A stretch of DNA of 64,000 bases from an uncultured Chloroflexia bacterium (GTDB taxonomy: Bacteria; Chloroflexota; Dehalococcoidia; UBA2247; RBG-13-53-26). The notes beneath the pieces were generated by a model, which was not told the DNA's origin, did no database searches, and saw only the letters and a list, made by a program, of their open reading frames with translations. A program made the translations under genes and the position numbers. The stretch lies in NCBI GenBank assembly GCA_963720375.1, contig CAVRFM010000006.1, positions 4,594-68,593 of the forward strand. The letters run 5' to 3'. Positions 31,205-43,535 of this stretch are shown piece by piece; the stretch's first letter is position 1, and each line of letters opens with the position of its first letter.

Positions 31205-32149
31205 TTAGATACGAAGGTGTGATTCCTCCACTACCATGGGGTGGAGACCCTGGGCCTGGGCTTCCAGGATATGGCTGTCCTCCAGCTTCATGCCCACCAG
31301 GACAACCTTGGCGGGCTGCCCGAACCAGAGGACCGGCCGGGCCAGGAACGTCAGATCGGCTTCTCCCCCGGGGTCGAAGCCGGTGGCCTTCCTCAAGAGG
31401 ACAGGCCTGCTGCTCTGAAGCGCCATTTCCACGATGGAACCCCTCGCGATGGCATCCTTCCTTCTGGGCATGTGGTGAGCAGGGTAACCCTTCTTTCCCA
31501 GGCGGAGGCCTGAAGTGTAGACGGCACAGGCCGCATGGAAATCGGATGGCTGTGCCGGAGCATTCCGGTGCAGGCCGCCGCTCCGCTGGTAAATGGCGCA
31601 GGCCAGTTCCTTCCGGCGGGAGCCGCTGGCCCGGTTGAGAAGCTCCACCGCTCTGATGGCTATGGCGGAGTAGGAGCGGTAGAAATGCCGGTGGAGCCAG
31701 AGGATATCGAAGTGGCTTTCGTGGAGGGCCTGGAGGAAGATATCCTCCTGCATCAGCACTGCGGCCGCGAAGCAGTTGGCCCTCCAGCAGTCTTCGGATC
31801 GCGGCGGCTGTTCATGACCCGGAGAGATGGCCTCCAGACGGTCGAGGATGATCTCATAGAACTCGTGGAGCAGGGTGAACTCCACGGCGCCCCGCCATTC
31901 GCCATTCTCATAGAAGATGGTGGGGTCGCCGCCCCGGTAGCAGAAGTGGTGTGCCCGGAGACCGGGCGTCTCAGCTTTCTGCAGTGAGAGCCCGTAGCGT
32001 TCAAGCTGCCCGTGGATCTCTGACAGCGACGGCAGGGCCGAAAGGCCGCTGTGGGCGATCCATTCCCGGGCCATGACCTCCGGTGAGGTGGACTGCGGGC
32101 CGGGGTACTTGCTGAGCAGCAGTCTGGAGAAGGTATCAAGCGGATTCAT
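31205..32149 (-). CDS. ImmA/IrrE-like metallopeptidase-fold protein with HExxE variant motif
   Basis: FTLLHEFYE followed by WRANCFAAAVLM; C-terminal GAF-like region. Confidence 0.6.
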   Translation of the reverse strand: MNPLDTFSRLLLSKYPGPQSTSPEVMAREWIAHSGLSALPSLSEIHGQLERYGLSLQKAETPGLRAHHFCYRGGDPTIFYENGEWRGAVEFTLLHEFYEIILDRLEAISPGHEQPPRSEDCWRANCFAAAVLMQEDIFLQALHESHFDILWLHRHFYRSYSAIAIRAVELLNRASGSRRKELACAIYQRSGGLHRNAPAQPSDFHAACAVYTSGLRLGKKGYPAHHMPRRKDAIARGSIVEMALQSSRPVLLRKATGFDPGGEADLTFLARPVLWFGQPAKVVLVGMKLEDSHILEAQAQGLHPMVVEESHLRI

Positions 32150-32193
32150 GGATTATTGTCCTGGGCTGGCAGCAGTATATCCGAAGCCTTGGC

Positions 32194-32577
32194 TTATTCA
32201 ATGCCGGGCTGGCCGGTGTCTTCAGGCAATGCCTCGTCCTGTCCCTTGATGCTTTCCAGTATCTCGATGGCGCTTTCTGCCTGCGAAGCCAGCACGTAGA
32301 CTTCATGCGATAGATTGAGAGGGCTGATCTGGAAAGCTATGGCCAAATCCGGACGTTTTACCAGGCAGTGGATGCCGTTATCTTCCAGGATGGCTTCCCA
32401 TAAGTCAGCTATGAACTGATTAGGGGCGGTGGCAATATGCATCAGTGGCCTATTCTCCCTGGCACTCTGGGGCGGCTCTGATCCAGGTGCGGTTTCCCTT
32501 GTCAGGGCAACGCCGCAGTCCGGACAGGTCTGCGCCCGGTCCTGGAATTCGCTATGGCATTTCGGGCAGTATGGCAT
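32194..32577 (-). CDS. Zinc-ribbon plus DUF2007-like protein
   Basis: YCPKC...CPDCG; A..WEAILEDNGIHC..K...V.V...A..IL. Confidence 0.75.
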   Translation of the reverse strand: MPYCPKCHSEFQDRAQTCPDCGVALTRETAPGSEPPQSARENRPLMHIATAPNQFIADLWEAILEDNGIHCLVKRPDLAIAFQISPLNLSHEVYVLASQAESAIEILESIKGQDEALPEDTGQPGIE

Positions 32578-32685
32578 GCTTTTTCTCTGCGATCCCCTGT
32601 AGGGCAGTTCGCAGACCGCCCTGCTCAGGGCTGAGATTCTTCGTTTCGATCGGATGACACCGCTACAGGAACGATAAGGCGGAGA

Positions 32686-33125
32686 CTAACCCTTTCGGGT
32701 GAATATGCGCTTCAGGCGGGACCACCAGGAGACGGACTGTTGTTCCTGTTTCGGCGCCTCCAGAAGCTTCACGTTCTGGGTCAGAGTTATGATAATCGTG
32801 TCCAGTCGGGCCACCTCCTGGCGGAGGAAGGATATCTCCTCCCGCAGGAAGGTTACCTCATCCCGCAGAGCGTCCTCTACTGCCCCGGACGGCTTCAGGA
32901 TGTCCGTCGTGACGTCATGGACGCCGCCATTTGCAGTCTGGACGCCACCGTTTGAACCGTCGTTGGTGCTCTCCTGCGCCTCCGTCCCGTCCAGGACAAC
33001 GAGCCACTGGCCCCCCCATTCTTGTGGGCCTTTATGGTCCCCCGCTTGATCCGCTTCCTCAGTGCCTCTGTGGATACTCCGAGAATGCCGGCTGCTTCAC
33101 CGATCGTCACCGTGCGTTCTGCCAT
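32686..33125 (-). CDS. HTH (MerR/excisionase-like) plus coiled-coil protein, frameshift in a G-run near 33010
   Basis: TIGEAAGILGVSTEALRKRIKRG, then LRDEVTFLREEISFLRQEVARLD...SWWSRL. Confidence 0.7.
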
Positions 33126-33357
33126 GACTGAACGGTCCCTCCTGTTTGTCGTATTCTCCCGCCGCACGTCATTCTACGCCTCTATTATGAAGGGTGCAAG
33201 ACGCCGGCCGGAATGTTTTCCAGGCAGACCATACACAAGCTGAATGAGGTCTTCAATAGTATTTTCGCCGGTGAAGACGAAAGAGAAGTCCAAGAACCGG
33301 AAGGACGGGGCCGCTTTTATGAGGGTTGTAGTATGCTCTGCTCCCTGGATATCCGGG

Positions 33358-33882
33358 TCATGCCAGGGATTCACCAATGTAGATTACCTGGTCCTTATTG
33401 ATAGCGACAAAACCGAACCTCGATTCGCCGCTGATCAGTGCAGGCGATATCCCCACATTAGTCATGGGCAAGAAGCCCTCATCCGTTTCGATGGTGTCCA
33501 ATAGTTCCTGCCAGACCTCGGCATGCATCTTACCCACGAGGGCATATGATGGCACATGGACTTCCGTTACAATAGGTTTCTTTTTCTTCTTCAGGTGCAT
33601 TTTTGACCTGTCTTCTATCGCTGGCAACTCATGTGCTCTCTCATTCTTTTCGCCAACGAAGACGATATTGGTTTTCCTGATATACGTAGACGCCAGACGT
33701 GTCTTTCTTCCATCCCGGAAGAACACCTCAACTTCGCTAAGCGGCACAAAGTCCTTGCCGACCCGCATCGATTGTGCCACAAAGCCCTTGTTGATGGCAT
33801 CCAGAAGGCGCTGATCAGGCAAACGATAGGCATATCCGGCAAAGATGCAATCAGCAGTACATACTACTACCTTTACCTGCAT
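33358..33882 (-). CDS. Hypothetical protein with two similar domains
   Basis: Each half has G...(LP/VW)..(R/E)LLD.(I/L)...F.P...V and (I/V)(R/N)K..(I/V). Confidence 0.6.
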   Translation of the reverse strand: MQVKVVVCTADCIFAGYAYRLPDQRLLDAINKGFVAQSMRVGKDFVPLSEVEVFFRDGRKTRLASTYIRKTNIVFVGEKNERAHELPAIEDRSKMHLKKKKKPIVTEVHVPSYALVGKMHAEVWQELLDTIETDEGFLPMTNVGISPALISGESRFGFVAINKDQVIYIGESLA

Positions 33883-34084
33883 GAGTCTGGGATCACCGTG
33901 CAATCTACCAGATGCTGATTGCCGCGGAAGTGATGAAGCCTGCATTCAAAGCCTCCTGCTTGGGACTAACGGGCAAATTATACCACAGGTCGGCAAGTTT
34001 GGAGATATGGAGATCGTTTATTAACTCTTTCAACCCCCCTGGGCTTAGTCTGCCAGGAATAGGCGTCATTCACAAGGTGAAGGG

Positions 34085-34285
34085 AGACCCCCCGTCCTTC
34101 GCTCAGGGTGACATGTTGCCCACTGTGTCATTCTGAGTATAGCTGAAGAATCTCGAGGTGTGAGGTTCAGCATAATCGGTAGATTAGCTACTATGTATGT
34201 GTCATTCCCACGCAAGTGGGAATCCAGAACCGAATTGAATAAGGGCCGCATCTCCAGGTTCCTGCTTCCGCAGAAATGACATATG
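34085..34285. repeat. REP-like palindrome cluster
   Basis: TGTCATTCTGAG..GAAGAATCTC; ATTCCC-N8-GGGAAT at 34204-34223; TTCCTGCTTCCGCAG.AATGAC. Confidence 0.7.
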
Positions 34286-34383
34286 GAACGATCCACGGAT
34301 TCAGGATTGTTATGCTGACTTGTGCCACCATACACTACGCCCCCGGTCTGGGGGATTTCCATAGGACCGATTCCGGGCAGGCG

Positions 34384-34488
34384 TTAATCTTTGTGCTTCG
34401 GATAGGTCCACCAGCCGAGAACTATGAGGGCAAAAAATCCACCGCCGACGATGATTCCTATGATGGCAAGAGGTGGTAAGGACGACAT
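34384..34488 (-). CDS. 34-aa single-TM small protein
   Basis: AAGGAGG RBS; MSSLPPLAIIGIIVGGGFFALIVLGWWTYPKHKD. Confidence 0.55.
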   Translation of the reverse strand: MSSLPPLAIIGIIVGGGFFALIVLGWWTYPKHKD

Positions 34489-34936
34489 CCTGAGCCTCCT
34501 TATTGCCGGCAGCGCCGGCAGAAAACGATTGTCGATAAACTCTGCCTCCTTTGACAGCATGGGTTTCGGGATAGGCTGAGGTCTGTCCTGCAGGCCCGGA
34601 TTCCGGGCAATTTCGATGACAGCCTGAAATCCGGCTAAGTGCCGCAGTCTTGAGAGTAGAGCCCGGACAGCAGCCTGAAACTAGACGCCTGCGGTATAGG
34701 CCGCTAGCTCAGGCTGAGGGCAGGAGCAACGCACCAACCCCTCACACAACACCCCCGAAAACAAACCTGGCAGATTTATAGACTATATGATTATATCTAT
34801 ATGGTACTACATTTGTCAACTTACGGACGTCCCGGCAATGTCTGCCACGCATCCACCTCTATGAATTCTCCGGCCATTTCCGGACCGGCCAGCTGATCAA
34901 TTTTGGCAACAAAACTGATTCCGCCGGGCTGCCCGA

Positions 34937-37231
34937 TCAATCTTTAAACGCGAACCCCTTGTTGGTAAGGACGCTCACACAGGCATCCACCACGTCAGGA
35001 TCATAGAGAATGCCTCTATTCTGAGAGATCTCGTCCATTGCCTTGCCCACGCCGAGGGCGGGGCGGTAGGGCCGATGCGAGGAAATGGCCTCTACCACAT
35101 CGGCCACGGCCAGGATGTTGGCCTCCGGGAGGATCTGCCCATTTCGAAGACCTGCAGGGTAGCCCGAGCCGTTAGCCCTTTCGTGGTGTTCCAGGACGAT
35201 GTCAGCCACAGGCAGGGGGAATTGTGCTGCTATCAGTATCTCGTAGCCCACCTGGGGATGGGCTTTGATCAGTGCGAATTCAGCCCGGGTCAAGGGGCCA
35301 GGCTTGCTCAGAATCTCTGTCGGTATCTGTATCTTACCCAGGTCGTGGAGCAGTCCGGCTATGCGGACTGCCTCGGCCCGGTCGCCGGTAAGGCCCATCT
35401 CACTGGCTATGGCACAGGCCAGTTGGGTCACATGGCGCTGGTGACCGGCCGTGTAGGGGTCTCTCTTTTCGACCGTCAACCCGATGGCCTGGATGGTGGC
35501 CTCCATGGCTGTTTTCAGTTTCTGGAAGCTTTCTTCGAGTTGCTGTTCGGTCTGCTTGCGCTCGGTGATGTCGAGCGAGACATTGGCCAGATACAGGGGC
35601 GCACCGCTCTCCGGGTCCATGACCGTGAACGCCATCGCGCGCACGTCGGTGATTTTGCCTGTCTTGAGATTGCGATATTGAAAGTCGCCCTCCCAGGTGC
35701 CGCGCTCCATCAGTGACGGCAGGAGTTCATTTTTCATCTTCCCTTGCAGATGATCGGGGATAACCTGCATGAAGTCTAATTGTTGAACCTCTTCGGGCTC
35801 GATGCCCACCATCTGCCTGCCTGCCTCATTGAGGAAGACCATCTTTCCATCGAGGGTGGTCAGGGTGACGAACTCCCTGCTGTGCTTGACTATGGATGCC
35901 AGCTTCTCCAGTTCCGCTTCTGCTTTCCTGCGCTGGGTGATGTCGCGGATATTGCATTGAATGACCCTCGACCCATCCACCAGATAAACATTGCTCACAG
36001 ACTCCACGCTGATCCGCCTTCCATCCTTAGTCTCCAGGGGTGGATGCTCGTAGCGGATATAGCCCTTCCCCTGCAATTGCTGAAAAGCCTTCTCACTGGC
36101 GGCAATATCGTTGAAGGGTCTGATTTCCCAGAAGGCTTTGCCCAAGAGGTCATCAGGGGAATAGCCGAGCAGGTTCAGCAGGAACGGATTGGCGTCGGTT
36201 ATCCGGCCGGTGTCCGCATCGAGGATCAATATGCCGTCCTGGGCCGACTCAAAAAGCCGCCGGTAACGCAGTTCGGAAGACCGGAGCTGGTCCTCGGCCA
36301 GCTTGCGTTCGGTGATATTCCGCAGCACTCCTGTGATCGCGACCGGATGGCCATCAGGCTCACGTATGAAACTGACCGTGGTGTCCCCCCAGACCGTGGA
36401 GCCGTCCTTGTGTTGGAACTTTAAGGCCATCTCCCGCGGGTTGACAACCGACCCCGGCGCCTTTTTTTCTGCATTCATGGCTGCTGCAAAGACCTTTGTA
36501 GCCATATCAAGGGAATCAGGCATCAAGGTTTCTTGCATGCTGCGGGCCATGCCTTCCTCTACGCTGTAGCCAAGCAGCCTGGTGTAGGAAGGGCTGAGAT
36601 AGGTCGGCCGCAGGTTCATGTCCGCGACCCAGATGACGTCTGAGGCATTCTCGGCGAGGAGACGGTAGAGTTTCTCGCTGTCGCCGAGAGCATCCTCTGT
36701 TCTCTGGCGCTCGCCGATCTCCCGCACCAGACTGCTGTTTGTCTCCTCAAGCTGCAGTACGTTCTCTTCCAGCTTGCGGACGAGGGCTTCGTTATACTTC
36801 ATCAGAAAGAGTTCTTCTCTTGGCGGCGCTTTTTGTGACAGAACAAGCTTGCCCTGCCGGTGTTCTTCCAGAACCTGCTTTACCAGTTCTATGAATTTCT
36901 CGGGGGCAATCGGCCTGACGATGAACTTATCAGAGCCCAGCTCTAAGGCCAGTTTCTCGTCCCTGGGATCGGTATAGATAGCGGTATAGAAGACAAAGGG
37001 GATCTTCTTCAGACTGCTTATCCCTCTTCCACTCGCGGCACAGAGTGAAGCCATCCATGACCGGCATCATGATGTCGGAGAATACTATGTCCGGCGGATT
37101 TTCCTTCGGGCTGTCTTCAGCGCCTCCACCCCGTTGGCTGCCGAAGTCACTTTGTAGCCATGGACTTCCAGAAGCACCTTCAGCATGTACTGGTCCTGCT
37201 TGTTATCATCGACGACAAGGACTGTTATCAT
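34937..37231 (-). CDS. Receiver-PAS x3-HD-GYP phosphodiesterase, frameshift(s) near 37030-37110
   Basis: LVVDDN receiver start; three PAS/PAC units; RDPYTAGHQ, LLHDLGK, HHERANGSGYP, RPYRPALG. Confidence 0.88.
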
Positions 37232-37630
37232 ATCTACCACCTGTACCACCTCCTCCTTCACGCGATGGGACAGGTACCGCTCAATTTCAGCAGCAAACGT
37301 ATCCGGCTGGAACGGTTTCTCAATGTAGCCCGTGCAGCCGGCCGCCATTATCCGCTCCCGGTCGCCAGCCATGGCGTAGGAAGTCTCAGCTACAATAGGC
37401 ACGTCGGCCAGCGCCGGGTTTTCCCTCAGCTCCCGCGCCACATCGTAGCCGTTCATGATAGGCAACTGGATGTCCAGGAGGATCAGCGCCGGTTTGACCT
37501 GGCCGGCAAGCGCAATGCCCTGACGGCCATCGCGCGCCGAAACCACCTCATACCCCTTCTTTTGCAGGATGATCGTCATGAGGTACAGGTTATGCTCATT
37601 GTCCTCGATGATGAGTATCCTTTTCTTCAT
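37232..37630 (-). CDS. CheY-like receiver, in frame with the next receiver as assembled
   Basis: KRILIIEDN, LILLDIQLP, YIEKPF; near-copy of 43510..43854. Confidence 0.8.
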
Positions 37631-37944
37631 TCCATTTGCCTTCCCTGCCGACCGGCGGGAACGTTGCAAGAGTGATTCCCGGTGCCTTCTGGCTTCCGAC
37701 TCCACTCTCACCGCCCAGGGTTCCGGAGCTCCCTTGCGGACGATGCCAATGGCTCTTTTCCTTGCCTTTTCCTCCACACCGTACCTCCAGCCCCTGGTTA
37801 TTATCTGGCCAGTAAAGGGGCAGTGGCATGATTGTATCATGATAATTTCCTAAAATGCAATATGTACGATAAGAACTTATAAGTACTAAATGTATAGTTG
37901 CGTAATGGCTCCACCCCATTCAATTGCCATTCCTGTTTAGCGAC

Positions 37945-38002
37945 CTGTCATTCTGCGACGAAGCAGGAATCCACTGCAGTGGGCGCTTCGCGAAGCGCCC
38001 TC
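37945..38002. repeat. REP-like palindrome cluster
   Basis: TGTCATTCTGC..GCAGGAATCC plus GGGCGCTTCGCGAAGCGCCC. Confidence 0.7.
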
Positions 38003-38423
38003 AACGTTTCTGCCATTCCCAGCTCATGAGCATATGAGCTATCAGCCGTGGAGCGATTTCGAATTTCGGATCTCAAGAATAGTTGTTTCGGATGAGTTCA
38101 GACATGTCGGATTTAGGGTTTGGAAGAGCCCCAGAGTGAAGCGTCCGGGCTTGACAACAGAAAACCAGATACTACATAATAGCGGCGGCAAACGTTATCA
38201 TATTAGTACATATCCTACTAGAGCGGTGCTCCGATAATATATCGGTATCGGAACAACTCGTGAGGCAATAATGGCAGGTAAGGGCTCGCCCGGGGGGAAG
38301 GCTGGCAGCGGTCTAGCGGTGGAGTTCCTGCTGGGTAGTGCTCTTCAGAATGGTGAATCAGTCCTGTCTGTTTGTCTTTGAGGAGACCGTCGCGGGACTG
38401 AATCTGGGGGGACAAAGGGTGTC

Positions 38424-41400
38424 ATGAACAAAGGAACGGTGAAAACAGGCATTGATATCATCGGTGATGTCCCCTGGGGCACCCACCTCTGCCAGTTCTA
38501 CCGGACAAAGGACGATTTGATCGACATCCTGGTGCCCTATTTCAAGGCCGGCCTGGAAGGCAACGAATTCTGTCTGTGGGTTACGGCACTCCCCCTCACC
38601 GAAGAGGATGCCCGCGAAGCAATGGCACAGGCTATGCCCGATTTTGGCCGGTATGTGGAAAAGGGCCAGATCGAGATCGTGCCCTATGACCGGTGGTATC
38701 TCAGAGACGGCGTTTTCGATTCGGAACGGGTCATCGGCAGCTGGTTTGACAAGCTGGATGGCGCTCTGGCCAGGGGCTACTCCGGCATGAGGCTAACGGG
38801 TAACATAGCGTGGCTCAAGAAAAGCGATTGGGGACGGTTCATTGATTACGAGGAGAAAATTGCAGGATTCTATCCCCCGTCATCCCATTGTAGGTCTTTG
38901 CTCCTACCGTCTTAGCAGAGTCGGGATAGCCGAAGCCATCGATGTGGTCAAGAACCACCACTTTGCTCTTGTAAAGCGGAACGGCAAATGGGAACTCGTC
39001 GAGAACTCCGATCACGGCAGGATGGAGAAGACGCTGAAGGAGCTGGGCAAGGAGCGCCGGCCGCGGGTCTCATTCAAGGGCACACGCGATGGCATGCTTA
39101 TCGTCGATGCCGAAACCATGAAGGTAGAGCTGGCCAATGAGGCTGCTGCCAGAATCTGCGGATTCGATTCTGCAGAGGACATGGTTGGACTGAATCTATT
39201 CTCCCTCCTTCGCATGGGCGATAGAGAGCGGGTTATCAAACTGGCGAACCGGAATGTGCCTGAGAAGGGCCTCCATAAGGTGAAGGAACTTCGGACATTG
39301 ACAGAGGATGGCAGGGAGATCTGGATCAGCACTCTTGGCAGGAGGATCGAATACCAGGGCAGATCGGCATTTCTGGTCTTTATGAGAGATATCACTGAGC
39401 GCACCAGGGTGGAAGAGGAGTTGCGGGCATTGGAGAAAGAAAATCGTCTGCTGGTGGAGAACGCCGGTGAGATCATCATTGTGGTGCAGGATAAGAGGCT
39501 GAAGTTTGTTAACCACAAAGCCGCGGCGATATCAGGTTATTCAGATAAAGAGATGACCTCCAGGCCCTTTGCGGATTTCATCCATCCTGATGACCGGCAG
39601 ATGGTAACGGATCTCTATTTCAAGAAGCTAAAGGGCGAGGAAACTCCCCCTGATGCAACCTTCAGAGTCATTGCTAAAGACGGTAAGGTTATATGGTCAG
39701 AGCTCAAGTCGGTTCTCTTCACCTGGGAAGCGAAACCGGCTGTCTGGTGTTTTCTGAATGACGTCACCGAACACAAACAGGCAGAGGAGGCGTTGAGGGC
39801 TTCGGAAGAGAGAAACCGCCTGCTGGTAGAGAATGCCATTGAAGGCATTGCGGTGATTCAGGATGGGGAGTTGGTCTTTGCCAATCCCCAGGTCATCGAG
39901 GTCATGGGCTACCCGGAGGCAGGGCAGTCCTCCAGACCCGTGACGGAGTTGATCCATCCTGATGATCGGCAGATGGTGATGGAACGCCTTCTTGGCGTGC
40001 TGGGGGGTCAAGACAGGCCTGGCATTTTCTCTTTCAGAATCCTTGATAAAGAGGGCCAGACGAGGTGGGTGGAAGCCAACCTGGTCTCATTCAACTGGAA
40101 CGGCAGGCCGGCCATCTTAAGTCAGGTGGAAGACGTCACCGAACACAAAGTGGCGGATGAAGAGATTCGCCATCTGGCTAACACCACCCCGGTACTGGTA
40201 GAGTTCATCTGAAGGCGAGGTGCTTTTCATCAACCCTGCGATGCATAAGTCCATCCAGCAATGGCCATCATGATCCCGCCAGATTATCCCTTTGAATGGC
40301 CAGACCTCACCCGACAGTTGCGGAAAGTAGACGTCCAGGAGCTCCAACTCGCCGGGCGGATTTTCGAGGAGCGATCTGCTTTACCCCGAGTTCCAACTTT
40401 GCGGATTTATCAACGGATATCACGGGCGCAAAGGTAGAGGAGGAACTGAGGGCTTCAGAGGAGAATATCGTCTGCTGGTAGAGAACGCCTATGAAATGAT
40501 TGTAGTGGTCAGGATGGTAAGGTGTCTTTACGAATCCCCAATGTGCGCAGGTGTTCGGCTATACGGAAGAAGAGATGGCTGCCAGACCCTTTATAGAGTT
40601 CATTCACCCTGACAATCAGGGACAGCGATGGAATACTACACCAAGAGGCTGGAGGGCAAGGAAGTCCCCAGCGCCTATTCTCTCAGAATCATGGACAAAG
40701 AGGGCAACGCAAAGTGGACGGAGGCCAATACGGTCTTGCTCACCTGGAAGGGAAGGCCGGCTATCCTGGGTCTGGTAACCGACGTCACCGAGCGCAAGAG
40801 GGCGGAGGAGTCCCTCGCAGAGAGCGAGAAACGCTACCGCTTTATAGCCGAGAATGTGTCAGACGTCATCTGGGCCATCGATACGAACCTGCGGCTTACC
40901 TATTTCAGCCCCTCCATCACCAAGATGAATGGCTACAGCGTCGAGGAAAACATGGCCCGTGGGATAGAAAAGAGCTTGAGTCCTGCCTCCCTTGAAGCCG
41001 TCTCAGGGATAGTCATGAGAGAATTGGCAAAGAAAGGCAAGCCAAACACGGCCACACTGCTGACTCCGGTGACGGCGGAGATAGAACACAAGGACGGCTC
41101 CAAAATCTGGGCCGAGTCTGCGGGGACCCTGCTGCGTGATTCAGATGGAAAGCCTGTTGAGATTGTGGGAGTACTGCGCGATATCACCGAGCGCAAGAAG
41201 GCAGAGGAGGAACTGCAACGTAAGGAACAACACTTCCGGGCGCTGATAGAGAATTCTTCCGATGGCATTGCTGTCGTAAACCGTGATGGAAGCAGCCGCT
41301 ACATCAGTCCATCCCTCGCGCGTATGCTGGGATACGATTTAGGAGAACGGATTGTAATGAGCATGTTGAATCGTGTTCATCCGGATGATATCAAGCTGGT

Positions 41401-43535
41401 ATCTGATACCTTCACCCGGTTGGCACAGAATCCGGGTACCACGATGCGGGCTGAGGTAAGGGTCCAGCACAAGGACGGCACATGGCGTACGGTCGAGGCT
41501 ACGGGCACTGCTCTTCTCCACGATCCGGCTGTTGATGGCATTGTCGTCAACGTCCGTGATATCACCGAGCGCAAGAAGGTAGAGGAGGAACTGCAACATC
41601 AAGGAACAACACTTCCGGGCACTCATAGAGAACTCTTCAGATGGTATCTCAGTCGTAGACCGTAATGGAACCGTTCTATACAACAGTCCATCCATCGGGC
41701 GTATGTTAGGATTCACACCCGAAGAACGAATTGGCCGCAACATGTTGGCGTTCGTTCATCCGGATGATATCCAGCTTGTATCTGATACCTTTGTCAGGTC
41801 GCTGCAGAATCCAGGTATTACTATGCAGATTGAGGTGCGCCTCCAGCACAAAGACAGTACCTGGCGCACAATCGAGATCGCAGCCATTAACCTCCTTCAT
41901 GATCCGTCTGTTGAGGGCATTGTCGTCAACGTCCGTGATATCACCGAGCGCAAGAAGGCAGAGGAGGAAATACAACGTCAGCAGAAACACTTCAGGGCGC
42001 TCATAGAGAACGCTTCAGACGCTATAACAATCGCAGGTGCTGATGGAACAATCAGCTACGAGAGCCCATCATGCGAGCGTATGTCGGGATTCAAGCCGGA
42101 GGAACGCATCGGTGCCAACATGATCGAACGCGTTCATCCGGATGATATCAAGCTTCTATCTGATACCTTCTCCCGGTTGATACAGCATCCGGGTAGCACC
42201 ATGCGGGATGAGATACGGCTCCGGCACAAAGACGGCACATGGCTCACAGTTGAGGCTACGGTCACCAATCTTCTTCATGATCCCGCTGTCAATGGCGTTG
42301 TGGTCAATCTCCGCAACATCACCGCGCGCAAGAGGGCTGAGGAGGCACTACGGGAATACGGGCACAAAATCAGGGCCATTTTTGACGGTGCATATGATGG
42401 ATTCATTAGCGTGGACTGCCAAAGCAGGAAGTTCTTTGAACCAAATAGAAGAATGATTGAGATGCTGGGATATGAATCTGAAGAAGAAATGAAGGATCTC
42501 ACAGTCTCGGATATACATCCCGAGAAAGACCTGCCATACATTCTGGGAGAGTTTGAAAAACACGTGAAGAGAGAGATTTCACAATCTGAAGATATGCCTG
42601 TGAAAAGAAAGGATGGCAGCGTTTTCCTTGCTTCCATCAGTTCATCCCCGGTAACCATAGCCGGGAAGACGTATCTATCGTGCATCTTTAGAGATATCAC
42701 CGAGCGCAAGAGGATCGAGGACGAACTGAGGGTATACCGCGAACATCTGGAGGATCTGGTGGAGGAGCGCACGGCAGAGCTGGTGATCGCCAAAGAAAGG
42801 GCCGAAGAAGCCGACCGGATCAAGTCAACCTTCCTGGCAGCCATGTCCCACGAGCTGCGCACCCCGCTCAACTCCATCATTGGTTTCAGCGGCATCATGC
42901 TGCAGGGCCTGGCCGGTCCCCTGAATCCCGAACAGACCAAGCAGTTGAAGATGGTACAAAGCAGCGGCCAGCACCTGCTGGCGATCATCAACGACATCAT
43001 AGATATCTCCAGGATTGAAGCCGGGCGGATTGAACCCCACCCTGAGCTGTTTGAACTGCGTCAACAGATCGACGAGACCATAGCGGCGATTAAACCCATG
43101 GCCGATGAGAAGAATCTCACTCTGGTGGCTGAGGTGGCACCGGAGGTGGGCCATATTAACAGCGATCCGCGCCGGGTGTCACAGATTCTCCTGAATCTCG
43201 TCGGCAATGCCATCAAGTTCACGGACAGGGGTGGAGTGCGCGTCGAATGCAGGCATAGCGGCGGCCGGGTGGAGATACGCATTGCAGACACAGGCATCGG
43301 CATCAAGCCGGAGGACATGAAGTATATCTTCCAGACTTTCCGGCAGATTGACAATGGCCTGACCCGCCTGAGGGAGGGCAGCGGACTGGGGCTGGCTATC
43401 TGCAAGGGGTTGGCCGAGCTTCTGGGCGGTGAGATCCGGGTGGAGAGCGAATTCGGGGTGGGCAGTACCTTTACGTTGATCCTGCCCATCAGCAGGGAAG
43501 GCAAATGGAATGAAGAAAAGGATACTCATCATTGA
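38424..43535 (+). CDS. Very large sensor histidine kinase: MEDS domain, about ten PAS/PAC units, HisKA and HATPase; several frameshifts (may be two genes)
   Basis: PWGTHLCQFY (MEDS); repeated PAS units; FLAAMSHELRTPLNSI; NLVGNAIKFT; DTGIGI; GSGLGL; GVGSTF. Confidence 0.8.
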
